DNA of 64,000 bases from Macrostomum lignano (Eukaryota): contig NIVC01001040.1 of assembly GCA_002269645.1 (NCBI GenBank), positions 65,769 to 129,768 of the forward strand, read 5' to 3'. Made by a program: the position numbers and the translations under genes. Positions 51,295 through 64,000 of this stretch are shown piece by piece. The notes under the pieces were generated by a model. That model saw only the letters and a program-made list of their open reading frames with translations, searched no databases and was not told the DNA's origin. Numbering within the stretch: the stretch's first letter is position 1; each line of letters begins with the position of its first letter.

Positions 51295-53865
51295 GCTCAT
51301 GTGCCATGACTAATATCTCATGCACACAGTCATTTCTCATGTGCAATGACCCATATCTCATGCACACAGCCATTGCTCATGTGCAATGACCATATCTCAT
51401 GCACACAGCCATTGCTCATGTGCAATGACACATATCTCATGCACACAGCCATTGCTCATGTGCAATGACACATATCTCATGCACACAGCCATTGCTCATG
51501 TGCCATGACCCATATCTCATGCACACAGCCATTGCTCATGTGCAATGACCCATATCTCATGCACACAGCCATTGCTCATGTGCCATGACTAATATCTCAT
51601 GCACACAGCCATAGCTCATGTGCCATGACCCATATCTCATGCACACAGTCATTTCTCATGTGCAATGACCCATATCTCATGCACACAGCCATTGCTCATG
51701 TGCAATGACACATATCTCATGCACACAGCCATTGCTCATGTGCAATGACACATATCTCATGCACACAGCCATTGCTCATGTGCAATGACACATATCTCAT
51801 GCACACAGCCATTGCTCATGTGCCATGACCCATATCTCATGCACACAGCCATTGCTCATGTGCAATGACCCATATCTCATGCACACAGCCATTGCTCATG
51901 TGCAATGACCCATATCTCATGCACACAGCCATTGCTCATGTGCAATGACACATATCTCATGCACACAGCCATTGCTCATGTGCAATGACCCATATCTCAT
52001 GCACACAGTCATTTCTCATGTGCAATGACACATATCTCATGCACACAGCCATTGCTCATGTGCAATGACCCATATCTCATGCACACAGCCATTGCTCATG
52101 TGCAATGACCCATATCTCATGCACACAGCCATTGCTCATGTGCAATGACCCATATCTCATGCACACAGCCATTGCTCATGTGCAATGACCCATATCTCAT
52201 GCACACAGCCATTGCTCATGTGCATGACCCATATCTCATGCACACAGCCATTGCTCATGTGCAATGACCCATATCTCATGCACACAGCCATTGCTCATGT
52301 GCAATGACACATATCTCATGCACACAGCCATTGCTCATGTGCCATGACCATATCTCATGCACACAGCCATTGCTCATGTGCAATGACACATATCTCATGC
52401 ACACAGCCATTGCTCATGTGCAATGACCCATATCTCATGCACACAGCCATTGCTCATGTGCAATGACACATATCTCATGCACACAGCCATTGCTCATGTG
52501 CCATGACCCATATCTCATGCACACAGCCATTGCTCATGTGCAATGACCCATATCTCATGCACACAGCCATTGCTCATGTGCTATGACCCATATCTCATGC
52601 ACACAGCCATTTCTCATGTGCAATGACCCATATCTCATGCACACAGCCATTGCTCATGTGCCATAACTAATATCTCATGCACACAGCCATTGCTCATGTG
52701 CCATGACACATATCTCATGCACACAGCCATTTTTCATGTGCCATGACACATATCTCATGCACACAGCCATTGCTCATGTGCCATGACCCATATCTCATGC
52801 ACACAGCCATTGCTCATGTGCAATGACACATATCTCATGCACACAGCCATTTCTCATGTGCCATGACACATATCTCATGCACACAGCCATTGCTCATGTG
52901 CCATGACCCATATCTCATGCACACAGCCATTGCTCAAGTGCCATGACTAATATCTCATGCACACAGCCATAGCTCATGTGCCATGACCCATATCTCATGC
53001 ACACAGCCATTGCTCATGTGCAATGACCCATATCTCATGCACACAGCCATTGCTCATGTGCCATAACTAATATCTCATGCACACAGCCATTGCTCATGTG
53101 CCATGACCCATATCTCATGCACACAGCCATTGCTCATGTGACATGACACATATCTCATGCACACAGCCATTGCTCATGTGCAATGACACATATCTCATGC
53201 ACACAGCCATTGCTCATGTGCCATGACCCATATCTCATGCACACAGCCATTGCTCATGTGCCATGACCCATATCTCATGCACACAGCCATTGCTCATGTG
53301 CTATGACCCATATCTCATGCACACAGCCATTGCTCATGTGCCATGACCCATATCTCATGCACACAGCCATTGCTCATGTGCCATGACCCATATCTCATGC
53401 ACACAGCCATTGCTCATGTGCTATGACCCATATCTCATGCACACAGCCATTGCTCATGTGCCATGACCCATATCTCATGCACACAGCCATTGCTCATGTG
53501 CCATGACTAATATCTCATGCACACAGCCATTGCTCATGTGCCATGACTAATATCTCATGCACACAGCCATTGCTCATGTGCAATGACCCATATCTCATGC
53601 ACACAGCCATTGCTCATGTGCCATGACCCATATCTCATGCACACAGCCATTGCTCATGTGCCATGACTAATATCTCATGCACACAGCCATTGCTCATGTG
53701 CCATGACTAATATCTCATGCACACAGCCATTGCTCATGTGCAATGACCCATATCTCATGCACACAGCCATTGCTCATGTGCCATGACATATCTCATGCAC
53801 ACAGCCATTGCTCATGTGCCATGACACATATCTCATGCACACAGCCATTGCTCATGTGCCATAAC
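51295..53865. repeat. 40-bp minisatellite, ~64 copies
   Basis: Counterpart of 25960-27335. Confidence 0.96.
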
Positions 53866-56800
53866 CATCTGATTGTCTCTATTGTGTTTCTCCAACCATC
53901 TCCCTTTTACACACCCCTCCCACCCATCCCCCTCTCACCTATCCCCTCTCACCCATCCCCCTCTCACCCATCCCCTCTCACCCATCCCCCTCTCATCCTC
54001 CCCCTCTCGCCAGCTTCTCTATTCTCCATCAGATCCCAGCTCAGTTTCTCTATTCTCCATCAGATCCCAGCTCAGCTTCTCTATTCTCCATCAGATCCCA
54101 GCTCACCTTCTCTATTCTCCATCAGATCCCAGCTCAAACCCAAAAAACGCTTGTTTTCTCCTGTTTTGAGAAAGCTAAAAAAGCTAAAAGTGCAGCTGGC
54201 CGCCAGCCCAGACAGTGGGGGGGGGCAGGCAGGGTGCTCAAGCACAATGCAGAGTCTCCATTGTGCGAGGCTGGGGCTGCAACTCATTCGGGAGCAGCCG
54301 CCACTGCAGCCTCAGACAGCTCAGGTTTGCGCTGCTCATCTCGGCAGCTTCATCGCTAATTAAATCTTCAACCTTCATCGTTAGCGGCCCCCCAGCTCAG
54401 CACTCGCAGTGCGACAGTCTGGCGTGATAAAAGCGGCCGGCAAAGAGAAAACTGCTCGAGTTCGCAATCACCCCATACTGGCCTCCCGAACCACCCAACC
54501 CCCCCCGCAACCCCTGCCTGAGACAAACAAGTCCAGCTACAACGCAACTCCACCCAGCTCACTGCTCAAAACAGATCAGGTTGCCCCCCAGAGTCTGCCA
54601 AACTGCAGGGAGGCTGGCAGAGCGGTGCGCTGGCCTGAGAATAGCGAGCGAGCAGAGTTAATTACTGCTTGAGGTCGAGCTGGCCTCTCTAACCACCCGC
54701 TCTCTACGACTCAAGACTGCGTTTTGTCATAAATAAGGCATTGTTGCCATGCTCGAATCTCAGAATTTGATGGCTCTCAGGCCATTCAGTGCGGCTCAAA
54801 GCCTGTCTGTTGCTGCTGGCTGCAGGTGGCAGGAGTGCAAAATGCAGTGAGTTGCTGCGGCCGAGAGCTGGACAGAATTGAGATGGGCTGCCAGAGCTCG
54901 CTGCACTTTAATAATAAACAACTGATGAAGCCCGAGACTGCAATTGAGGGGCTGAGCAGCTGCCTCTTGCGAAAAATTTATACATGTACTGTGGTTCGAT
55001 TCTGTGCGATTGGCCTGAGGTGATTCCCAGCCCAGCCATGAAGGCCAACTTCTTAGGCACTCTGGTACAATGGGTTGGTTTTTAATGGAGCTGAACCAAT
55101 ATCAACTAAAATCACTGTACTAATCAGCATACCTGTACACTATGCGGACAATGCGATAGGATTTCAAGGATTGCTTTTTGGACTTCTGCTGGGTCACAGA
55201 TTCATGGGAAATCAGTAGTTTCCAGGGCACATCAGTAGTCTTCACAAGATGCGTGGGCCCACAGGTAAGCAAATTCAGCAGGTATCAAGTAGGCTGAGCC
55301 ATGGCTGGAGGTGCGATAATGCGGTTCCGGCTGGTTGCAGTGATAAGCAATGGTACAGTAGAAAATATTTTAAACTCTGCTGCTTGCTCCATTTTCAGCA
55401 GGGCTTATTGGTCCTCGCTGCACTCCGTGCCTGCTTATCTACTCAACCGAGCTCCAAACTTGGTGACCGCGTGCCTGCCCAGAGCTGAGCAAAACTATTT
55501 GAGCGGGAAAAGTGAGCAACAACTGCATCGGTCCCTGCACACCAGTGCCTCACCTCCAGTCAGCCGGGTTTGCCATCCCAACAGACTGCACCCAAAACAG
55601 GGCGGCTCACTCCTCAGGCCCGCGCACTGGTCCCTCCTACCGGGTACCGGATGCCTGTGCCGCCTACGGCCCCTCGGTCTCTCCTCCAGCCGTCTGTCAC
55701 TAGCGGACACAAAAGTTGCAGCCAACAAGGGGGTCGCACCCACCTTCCTGCCGCTGCCGTGACGCGAACTCGAGTGAGTTCCAACATTCAGATAGCAGAG
55801 TGGCGTTCCGTGGTCGCCGCAGTGCTGCTCCGTCTGCCTCCTCACCTCGAGGTGGCTTTTCCCAAGGGCGAACGGATTCCGCCCCCAAGAGCCGTGGTGT
55901 CGGGTTGCTGACGCCTGCGGGGTACTCTCAAAGGGTAACCATTGTCTTACGCTTGACCAGCATGCTTGACTCCCCTAAGAGCTGGCATGCTTCGCCTTCT
56001 AAGGTGACTATCTAACACTAGCAAGCAACTTTAATTAAGCAAACAGTTTTCAACTTTACTCTTTTTTGTTTATTTACTGAATTTTTCTGAATAGAGCAAT
56101 TTTAATGCCATCAGTCGGTGCACATGGCTGGATTTGGTAGGCCTTTTTGCCTTAATTTTAGCGGACAGCACCTGGGATCAAGTCAACAGGTCGTTTGCTG
56201 TGTCACATGACAAGGCTGATTCCTATAGCCGAGCCACAACGTCTCAAACATCCGGTTCTGTTGACGCCAGCACCCTACTAGCCCTGCGTGATGCTGTCTA
56301 GTCCGCTCTCTCACACTGTATGACTGCCTCGCAGACATCGCAGTCCAGAGTTTTCATCGTGGACTCCGTCTGACGAGGCAACCAGACAGCGGTTGAAATT
56401 GACATCGCCTGCATGTGCACCGATGTGTCTACATAATTCAATATTTTACAATTTTTATTTAAACTAATGAATACAGTAATCGATACATTTCACTGCAACT
56501 CAGCCTCTGCCGCATGTCATCCTCCAGCTCTTGTCTTTTGCCGCTCATGTCCTCTTGGTTGGAAAAACTGGTGTTTTCTAAGAAATGCTTGTCCAGACTC
56601 CGGAAAGTCAGGCAACCAGCATGTATAGGCGGTTTTTCGTGGGTCGGAATGGGCGGTGATCGCTGCACCTCCTTTTACTTTCAGTATGTGCAGACCAAGT
56701 CTTATAACTGCAATGGCTCCATTGTTCGGGCGCAAGTTGAAAGTTTCTCTTCTTTTCCGCGCTCATATTTGTGCTCAGTCGCTTTATTCGAAACCTGCAC

Positions 56801-57035
56801 AATAGCAAGAAGGTTAGAGAACTACGCAATAGCAACTACTTGAGTGAAAAAATGAACGCCTGTACGCCAGTTCCATGTGAACACGGCTGGATCGGACCCG
56901 GCCGTCGTGCATCATCGTTGATGCTGCTGCTGATGGTTGTGTGAGCCGAGCTACGTTGGGTGCCTTAGACAAAGGCAGCGTCCGCAGCGTTGGGGCCTAC
57001 TTCTTAGCTTTGGTCCCCTTCGCTCCAGGCTCACA

Positions 57036-58350
57036 TTGGGTCTGGGACTGGGGCTGGGACTGGGACTTGGACTGGGACTGGGGCTAGGAATGGGGCTGGG
57101 ACTGGAACTGGGACTGGGACTTAGACTGGGACTGGGAATGGGGCTGGGAATGGGCTGGGACTGGGACTTGGACTGGGACTGGGACTGGGGCTGGGAATGG
57201 GGCTGGGAATGGGGCTTGGACTGGGGCTGGAAATGGGGCTGGGAATGGGGCTGGGACTGGGGCTTGGACTGAGGCTGGGACTAGGGCTAGGAATGGGACT
57301 GGGAATGGGGCTTGGACTGGGGCTGGGACTGGGGCTGGGAATGGGGCTGGGACTGGGACTTAGACTGGGACTGGGAATGGGGCTGGGAATGGGCTGGGAC
57401 TGGGACTTGGACTGGGACTGGGACTGGGGCTGGGAATGGGGCTGGGAATGGGGCTTGGACTGGGGCTGGAAATGGGGCTGGGAATGGGGCTGGGACTGGG
57501 GCTTGGACTGAGGCTGGGACTAGGGCTGGGAATGGGACTGGGAATGGGGCTTGGACTGGGGCTGGGACTGGGCTGGGAATGGGGCTGGGACTGGGACTTC
57601 GACTGGGACTGGGACTGGGGCTGGGAATGGGGTTGGGAATGGGGCTTGGACTGGGCTGGGAATGGGGCTTGGACTGGGACTTCGACTGGGACTGGGACTG
57701 GGGCTGGGAATGGGGCTTGGACTGGGGCTGGGAATGGGGCTTGGACTGGGACTTGGACTGGACTGGGACTGGGGCTGGGAATGGGGCTGGGAATGGGGCT
57801 TGGACTTGGGCTGGAAATGGGGCTGGGAATGGGGCTGGGACTGGGCTTGGACTGGGGCTGGGACTGGGGCTGGGAATGGGACTGGGAATGGGGCTTGGAC
57901 TGGGGCTGGGACTGGGGCTGGGAATGGGGCTGGGAATGGGACTGGGAATAGGGCTGGGACTGGGACTTGGACTGGGACTGGGACTGGGGCTGGGAATGGG
58001 GCTGGGAATGGGGCTGGGACTGGGACTTGGACTGGGACTGGGACTGGGGCTGGGACTGGGGCTGGGAATGGGGCTGGGAATGGGACTGGGAATGGGGCTG
58101 GGACTGGGACTTGGACTGGGACTGGGACTGGGGCTGGGAATGGGGCTGGGAATGGGGCTTGGACTGGGGCTGGGAATGGGGCTGGGACTGGGGCTGGGAA
58201 TGGGGCTGGGAATGGGGCTGGGACTGGGGCTGGGAATGGGGCTTGGACTGGGGTTGGGAATGGGGCTGGGATTGGGAATGGGGCTGGGGCCGGGGCTGGG
58301 AATGGGGCTGGGACTGAGGCTGGGACTGGGCTGGGAATGGGGCTGAGGCC
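57036..58350. repeat. G-rich hexamer-based array
   Basis: Counterpart of 30610-31930. Confidence 0.95.
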
Positions 58351-59000
58351 GGGGCTAATAAAGACTTGTTTTCTCCAGTTTCTAGAAAGCTAAATAGGCT
58401 AAAAGTGCAGCTGGCCGGCAGCCAGCCTCCGCCCGTCATCTCTGAGCACAAAAGCGAAGGTGCAGTGAGGGGAAGGCAGGGTGCTCAAGCACAATGCAGA
58501 GTCTCCATTGTGCAAGGCTGGGGCTGAAAATCATTCGGGAGCAGCCGCCAGTGCAGCCTCCGACAGCTCAGCATCTCTGCAGCCTCATCGCTAATTAAAT
58601 CTCGCTTTTGCAATGACCTTGATTCTCAGTGCCCCTGATATGTCATGCTGTCAAGAGCTGCATTTTCTGAACAGCTGCTGTGTACTGCTGGGATTCGACA
58701 GCTCAGCCCCATCTCACTCTGCATCATTTAGAGCTGCTAGCCTCCTCTCTGCAGAGGCCCTGAGCAGCTCATTGTGCCACCGTACTGACCGCCTTTGTCT
58801 CTCATGAAATGCTGAATTACTTGGCAACTCCTTTGCACCTCATCTTCTCAGCTGCCCGCTTCGGACTGCCTTAGGCTTGGGGTGGGCGCTCAGCCTCGAG
58901 TCTCTCAGCATCTCCGCAAAGCACTGCTCACTGGCCTCTCAGCTCTTGGGTGGTCTGTCTTTCACCTGCATGCACAAGCTCTGTTTATCAGCCACCTGAA

Positions 59001-60140
59001 AGAGACAGGCTGGGATGAAGGGTGAGCGGCAGGGAGAGAGACAGGCTGGGATGAAGGGTGAGGGGCAGGGAGGGAGACAGGCTGGGATGTAGGGTGAGGG
59101 GCAGGGAGGGAGACAGGCTGGGATGTAGGGTGAGGGGCAGGGAGGGAGACAGGCTGGGATGTAGGGTGAGGGGCAGGGAGGGAGACAGGCTGGGATGTAG
59201 GGTGAGGGGCAGGGAGGGAGACAGGCTGGGATGTAGGGTGAGGGCAGGGAGAGAGACATGCTGGGATGAAGGGTGAGGGGCAGGGAGGGAGACAGGCTGG
59301 GATGTAGGGTGAGGGGCAGGGAGGGAGACAGGCTGGGATGTAGGGTGAGGGGCAGGGAGGGAGACAGGCTGGGATGTAGGGTGAGGGGCAGGGAGAGAGA
59401 CAGGCTGGGATGAAGGGTGAGGGGCAGGGAGGGAGACAGGCTGGGATGTAGGGTGAGGGGCAGGGAGAGAGACATGCTGGGATGAAGGGTGAGGGGCAGG
59501 GAGGGAGACAGGCTGGGATGTAGGGTGAGGGGCAGGGAGGGAGACAGGCTGGGATGTAGGGTGAGGGGCAGGGAGGGAGACAGGCTGGGATGTAGGGTGA
59601 GGGCAGGGAGGGAGACAGGCTGGGATGTAGGGTGAGGGCAGGGAGAGAGACAGGCTGGGATGAAGGGTGAGGGGCAGGGAGGGAGACAGGCTGGGATGTA
59701 GGGTGAGGGGCAGGGAGGGAGACAGGCTGGGATGTAGGGTGAGGGCAGGAAGGGAGACAGGCTGGGATGTAGGGTGAGGGGCAGGGAGGGAGACAGGCTG
59801 GGATGTAGGGTGAGGGGCAGGGAGAGAGACAGGCTGGGATGAAGGGTGAGGGCAGGGAGGGAGACAGGCTGGGATGTAGGGTGAGGGCAGGAAGGGAGAC
59901 AGGCTGGGATGTAGGGTGAGGGGCAGGAAGGGAGACAGGCTGGGATGTAGGGTGAGGGGCAGGGAGATACAGGCTGGATGTAGGGTGAGGGGCAGGGAGG
60001 GAGACAGGCTGGGATGTAGGGTGAGGGGCAGGAAGGGAGACAGGCTGGGATGTAGGGTGAGGGCAGGGAGGGAGACAGGCTGGGATGTAGGGTGAGGGGC
60101 AGGAAGGGAGACAGGCTGGGATGTAGGGTGAGGGGCAGGG
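59001..60140. repeat. 36-bp G-rich minisatellite, ~31 copies
   Basis: Counterpart of 32580-34652. Confidence 0.95.
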
Positions 60141-60820
60141 TTGGTCGCCGGCCCATGGGAGGGGCCAATATCGATACTGCATGGTTGGACACCCACAAAA
60201 ACTCCAAGAAACATGAAAAAGCGCATAAAACCCGGTACGGCAGCTGCCAGCAATCTCTATGCATCGCTTCTTTGGCTCTCGCGGATATACGAGTATAATC
60301 TGCCAATCTAAAAATATTTTTTAATCTCCGCAAACAATATCGCTTACAGTAAGTACGCTTACAGTAAGGTGCGGCAAGCATATCCTTGTTGTAAAAGAGA
60401 ATACCCGTATAGCATATTAGGAAAATGTATTGCCAACTGCTCATCAAGGAGTCACCAAGCAACAATCAATCCGTTTTGGTTTGCGATGTGAAGTTTTTCA
60501 GTGGCGATAAAACTGTAATAAATAGTAATTTATTAGTTAGAAAACTTTCGAATAATCACAGGGTAAAAAACTGAACGAAAAGAAAAAATATTATAAGAAA
60601 AAAAGTTCACATTAATTAAGTAAGGTTAAACAAATCAACTTTAGTAGACATGGGACAATTAGATTAAAGTGCACTTGAGCAGAAGGGGCCAAAAATTAAC
60701 GTAATTGAGAATGGTAAAGCAGATCCACTTAAGTAAGCATCGGAGCCGAATACCTGCTACCAGCATACGGTGGGTTTGAGCTGAAGGCCATGGAAACACA
60801 GCAGTCAAGAGAAGCATAAT

Positions 60821-63800
60821 ACTGAGTTGGTTAAACTGTGCTCAGTAAGCCTGAGTTGGTTAAACTGTGCTCAGTAAGCCTGAGTTGATTAAACTGTGCT
60901 CAGTAAGCCTGAGTTGGTTAAACTGTGCTCAGTAAGCCTGAGTTGATTAAACTGTGCTCAGTAAGCCTGAGTTGGTTAAACTGTGCTCAGTAAGCCTGAG
61001 TTGGTAAACTGTGCTCAGTAAGCCTGAGTTGATTAAACTGTGCTCAGTAAGCCTGAGTTGGTTAAACTGTGCTCAGTAAGCCTGAGTTGATTAAACTGTG
61101 CTCAGTAAGCCTGAGTTGGTTAAACTGTGCTCAGTAAGCCTGAGTTGGTTAAACTGTGCTCAGTAAGCCTGAGTTGGTTAAACTGTGCTCAGTAAGCCTG
61201 AGTTGGTTAAACTGTGCTCAATAAGCCTGAGTTGGTTAAACTGTGCTCAGTAAGCCTGAGTTGATTAAACTGTGCTCAGTAAGCCTGAGTTGGTTAAACT
61301 GTGCTCAGTAAGCCTGAGTTGATTAAACTGTGCTCAGTAAGCCTGAGTTGGTTAAACTGTGCTCAGTAAGCCTGAGTTGGTTAAACTGTGCTAAATAAGA
61401 CTGAGTTGGTTAAACTGTGCTCAGTAAGCCTGAGTTGATTAAACTGTGCTCAGTAAGCCTGAGTTGGTTAAACTGTGCTCAGTAAGCCTGAGTTGGTTAA
61501 ACTGTGCTCAGTAAGCCTGAGTTGGTTAAACTGTGCTCACAGATTGTCATTCTGAGTTGGTATCGATTTTTTAATCAATGCAATCTGGAGACTGTGCAGA
61601 ATGTCATCGAATAATTTTGATGGCACGGCAACTCTACAATTATGAGATTATGAGGTCCATGTTTATTGTTAATTTACTTGGATGCCTTTGATTAATTTAT
61701 AACAAATCGTTCGTTTAGCATTTAGGCATTGATTTAGGTCATAGACAATTGCGGTCATACCCAGTAGGTCATAGACAATTGCGTTCATGCTCAGTAGGTC
61801 ATAGACAATTGCGTTCATGCTCAGTAGGTCATAGACAATTGCGTTCATGCTCAGTAGGTCATAGACAATTGCGGTCATCCTCAGTAGGTCATCAGACAAT
61901 TGCGGTCATACTCAGTAGGTCATCAGACAATTGCGGTCATGCTCAGTAGGTCATCAGACAATTGCGGTCACACCCAGCAGGTCATAGACAATTGCGGTCA
62001 TACTCAGTAGGTCATAGACAATTGCGGTCACACCCAGCAGGTCATAGACAATTGCGGTCATGCTCAGTAGGTCATATGCAATTGCGGTCATGCTCAGTAG
62101 GTCATAGACAATTGCGGTCGTGCCCAGTAGGTCATAGGCAATTGCGGTCATGCTCAGTAGGTCATAGACAATTGCGGTCATGCTCAGTAGGTCATAGACA
62201 ATTGCGGTCATGCTCAGTAGGTCATAGGCAATTGCGGTCATGCTCAGTAGGTCATAGACAATTGCGGTTATGCTCAGTAGGTCATAGACAATCGCGGTCA
62301 TACTCAGTAGGTCATAGACAATTGCGGTCATACTCAGTAGGTCATAGACAATTGCGGTCATGCTCAGTGGGTCATAGACAATTAGGGTCATACTCAGTAC
62401 ATGTAGATCATAGACAATCATGATCACAACTCGTACATGTAGGGTAGCTGTGAAGAATCGGTCATAAACAGTACATGAATTCAACGATCAAAATTAACAA
62501 TAGCATGAAGCCTACGAACCCCTTTTACCTTCTATTCTACGCCCTTTCCCCTGATCTTACCCTCACCAGAATCTCACCCGAGTTTCACCAGAATCTCACA
62601 AAGATGGGGACAAAGCGACATGACATGCATGAATTAATAATTCTCCGATGTACGCCTGCATGCAGCCTACCAGAAAATTATGATAACTTTGCTGGATATG
62701 AGAGGGTAGAGAGAAGAGTAAAGAAGACTGTCATATCAAACAGGAGATTCCCGTGTCTAACAGGAGACTCCCATGTCTAACAGGAGACTCCCATGTCTAA
62801 CAGGAGACTCCCATGTCTAACAGGAGACTCCCATGTCTAACAGGAGACTCCCATGTCTAACAGGAGACTCCCATGTCTAACAGGAGACTCCCATGTCTAA
62901 CAGGAGACTCCCATGTCTAACAGGAGACTCCCATGTCTAACAGGAGACTCCCATGTCTAACAGGAGACTCCCATGTCTCAGGATTGTCTAACAGGAGACT
63001 CCCATGTCTAACAGGAGACTCCCATGTCTAACAGGAGACTCCCATGTCTAACAGGAGACTCCATGTCTAACAGGAGACTCCATGTCTAACAGGAGACTCC
63101 CATGTCTAACAGGAGACTCCCATGTCTAACAGGAGACTCCCATGTCTAGCAGGAGACTCCTGATCCCATGTCTAACAGGAGACTGCCATGTCTAACAGGA
63201 GACTGCCATGTCTAACAGGAGACTCCCATGTCTAACAAGAGACTCCCATGTCTAACAGGAGACTCCCATGTCTAACAGGAGACTCCCATGTCTAACAGGA
63301 GACTCCCATGTCTAACAGGAGACTCCCATGTCTAACAGGAGACTCCCATGTCTAACAGGAGACTCCCATGTCTAACAGGAGACTCCCATGTCTAACAGGA
63401 GACTCCATGTCTAACAGGAGACCCCATGTCTAACAGGAGACTCTCATGTCTAACAGGAGACTGCCATGTCTAACAGGAGACTCCCATGTCTAACAGGAGA
63501 CTCCCATGTCTAACAGGAGACTCCATGTCTAACAGGAGACTCCCATGTCTAACAGGAGACTCCCATGTCTAACAGAGACTCCCATGTCTAACAGGAGACT
63601 CCCATGTCTAAAGGAGACTCCCATGTCTAACAGGAGACTCCATGTCTAACAGGAGACTGCCATGTCTAACAGGAGACTCCCATGTCTAACAGGAGACTCC
63701 CATGTCTAACAGGAGACTCCCATGTCTAACAGGAGACTCCCATGTCTAACAGGAGACTCCCATGTCTAACAGGAGACTCCCATGTCTAACAGGAGACTCC

Positions 63801-64000
63801 CATGTCTAACAGGAGACTCCCATGTCTAACAGGAGACTCCCATGTCTAACAGGAGACTCCCATGTCTAACAGGAGACTCCCATGTCTAACAGGAGACTCC
63901 CATGTCTAACAGGAGACTCCCATGTCTAAGGAGACTCCCATGTCTAGCAGGAGACTCCCATCCCATGTCTAACAGGAGACTGCCATGTCTAACAGGAGAC
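60821..64000. repeat. Start of segmental duplication unit C, with 29-bp (~25 copies, 60821-61540), 30-bp (61736-62400) and 20-bp (62740-64000, >60 copies) arrays
   Basis: Unique spacers are nearly identical to the start of unit B. Confidence 0.92.

Larger units (their letters stand above)
35331..60820. repeat. Segmental duplication unit B (deleted and rearranged copy)
   Basis: Collinear with unit A. Carries three deletions, a multi-kb insertion and different array lengths. Confidence 0.93.

Noticed and set aside
57036-64000. Many single-base deletions in G/C runs of arrays in late unit B and unit C
   Set aside because: The pattern is typical of uncorrected long-read homopolymer errors, so it is not treated as biology.

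Overview
Eukaryotic (animal) genomic DNA, not prokaryotic. It has GT-AG spliceosomal introns, GC-rich exons and about 15 different minisatellites. This style is reminiscent of a free-living flatworm such as Macrostomum, but that assignment is inference only. The window is a head-to-tail segmental duplication: unit A ~5.56-35.33 kb, unit B ~35.33-60.82 kb, and the start of unit C from 60.82 kb. Two spliced genes can be rebuilt by hand on the minus strand of unit A. (1) An 845-aa protein of about 12 ankyrin repeats fused to a C-terminal STE/MAP3K-like Ser/Thr kinase, join(9218..9703, 9889..10273, 11217..11303, 12395..13974). (2) A 155-aa vasopressin/oxytocin-family prohormone, join(15706..15761, 15853..16095, 16700..16868), with signal peptide, an unusual nonapeptide CFMENCAPG-amide and a 14-Cys neurophysin; the ORF track shows only its first exon. 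In unit B both genes are damaged by deletions with end-joining footprints, yet the kinase exons stay intact and differ from unit A mainly at substrate-recognition surfaces. Ankyrin repeat variation falls on the binding-groove positions. Also present: a tRNA-derived CORE-SINE, a Helitron-like insertion, an array of Helitron-end-like units, a newly formed 87-bp tandem repeat and RFX X-box motifs. Most long ORFs in the track are artefacts of tandem repeats.
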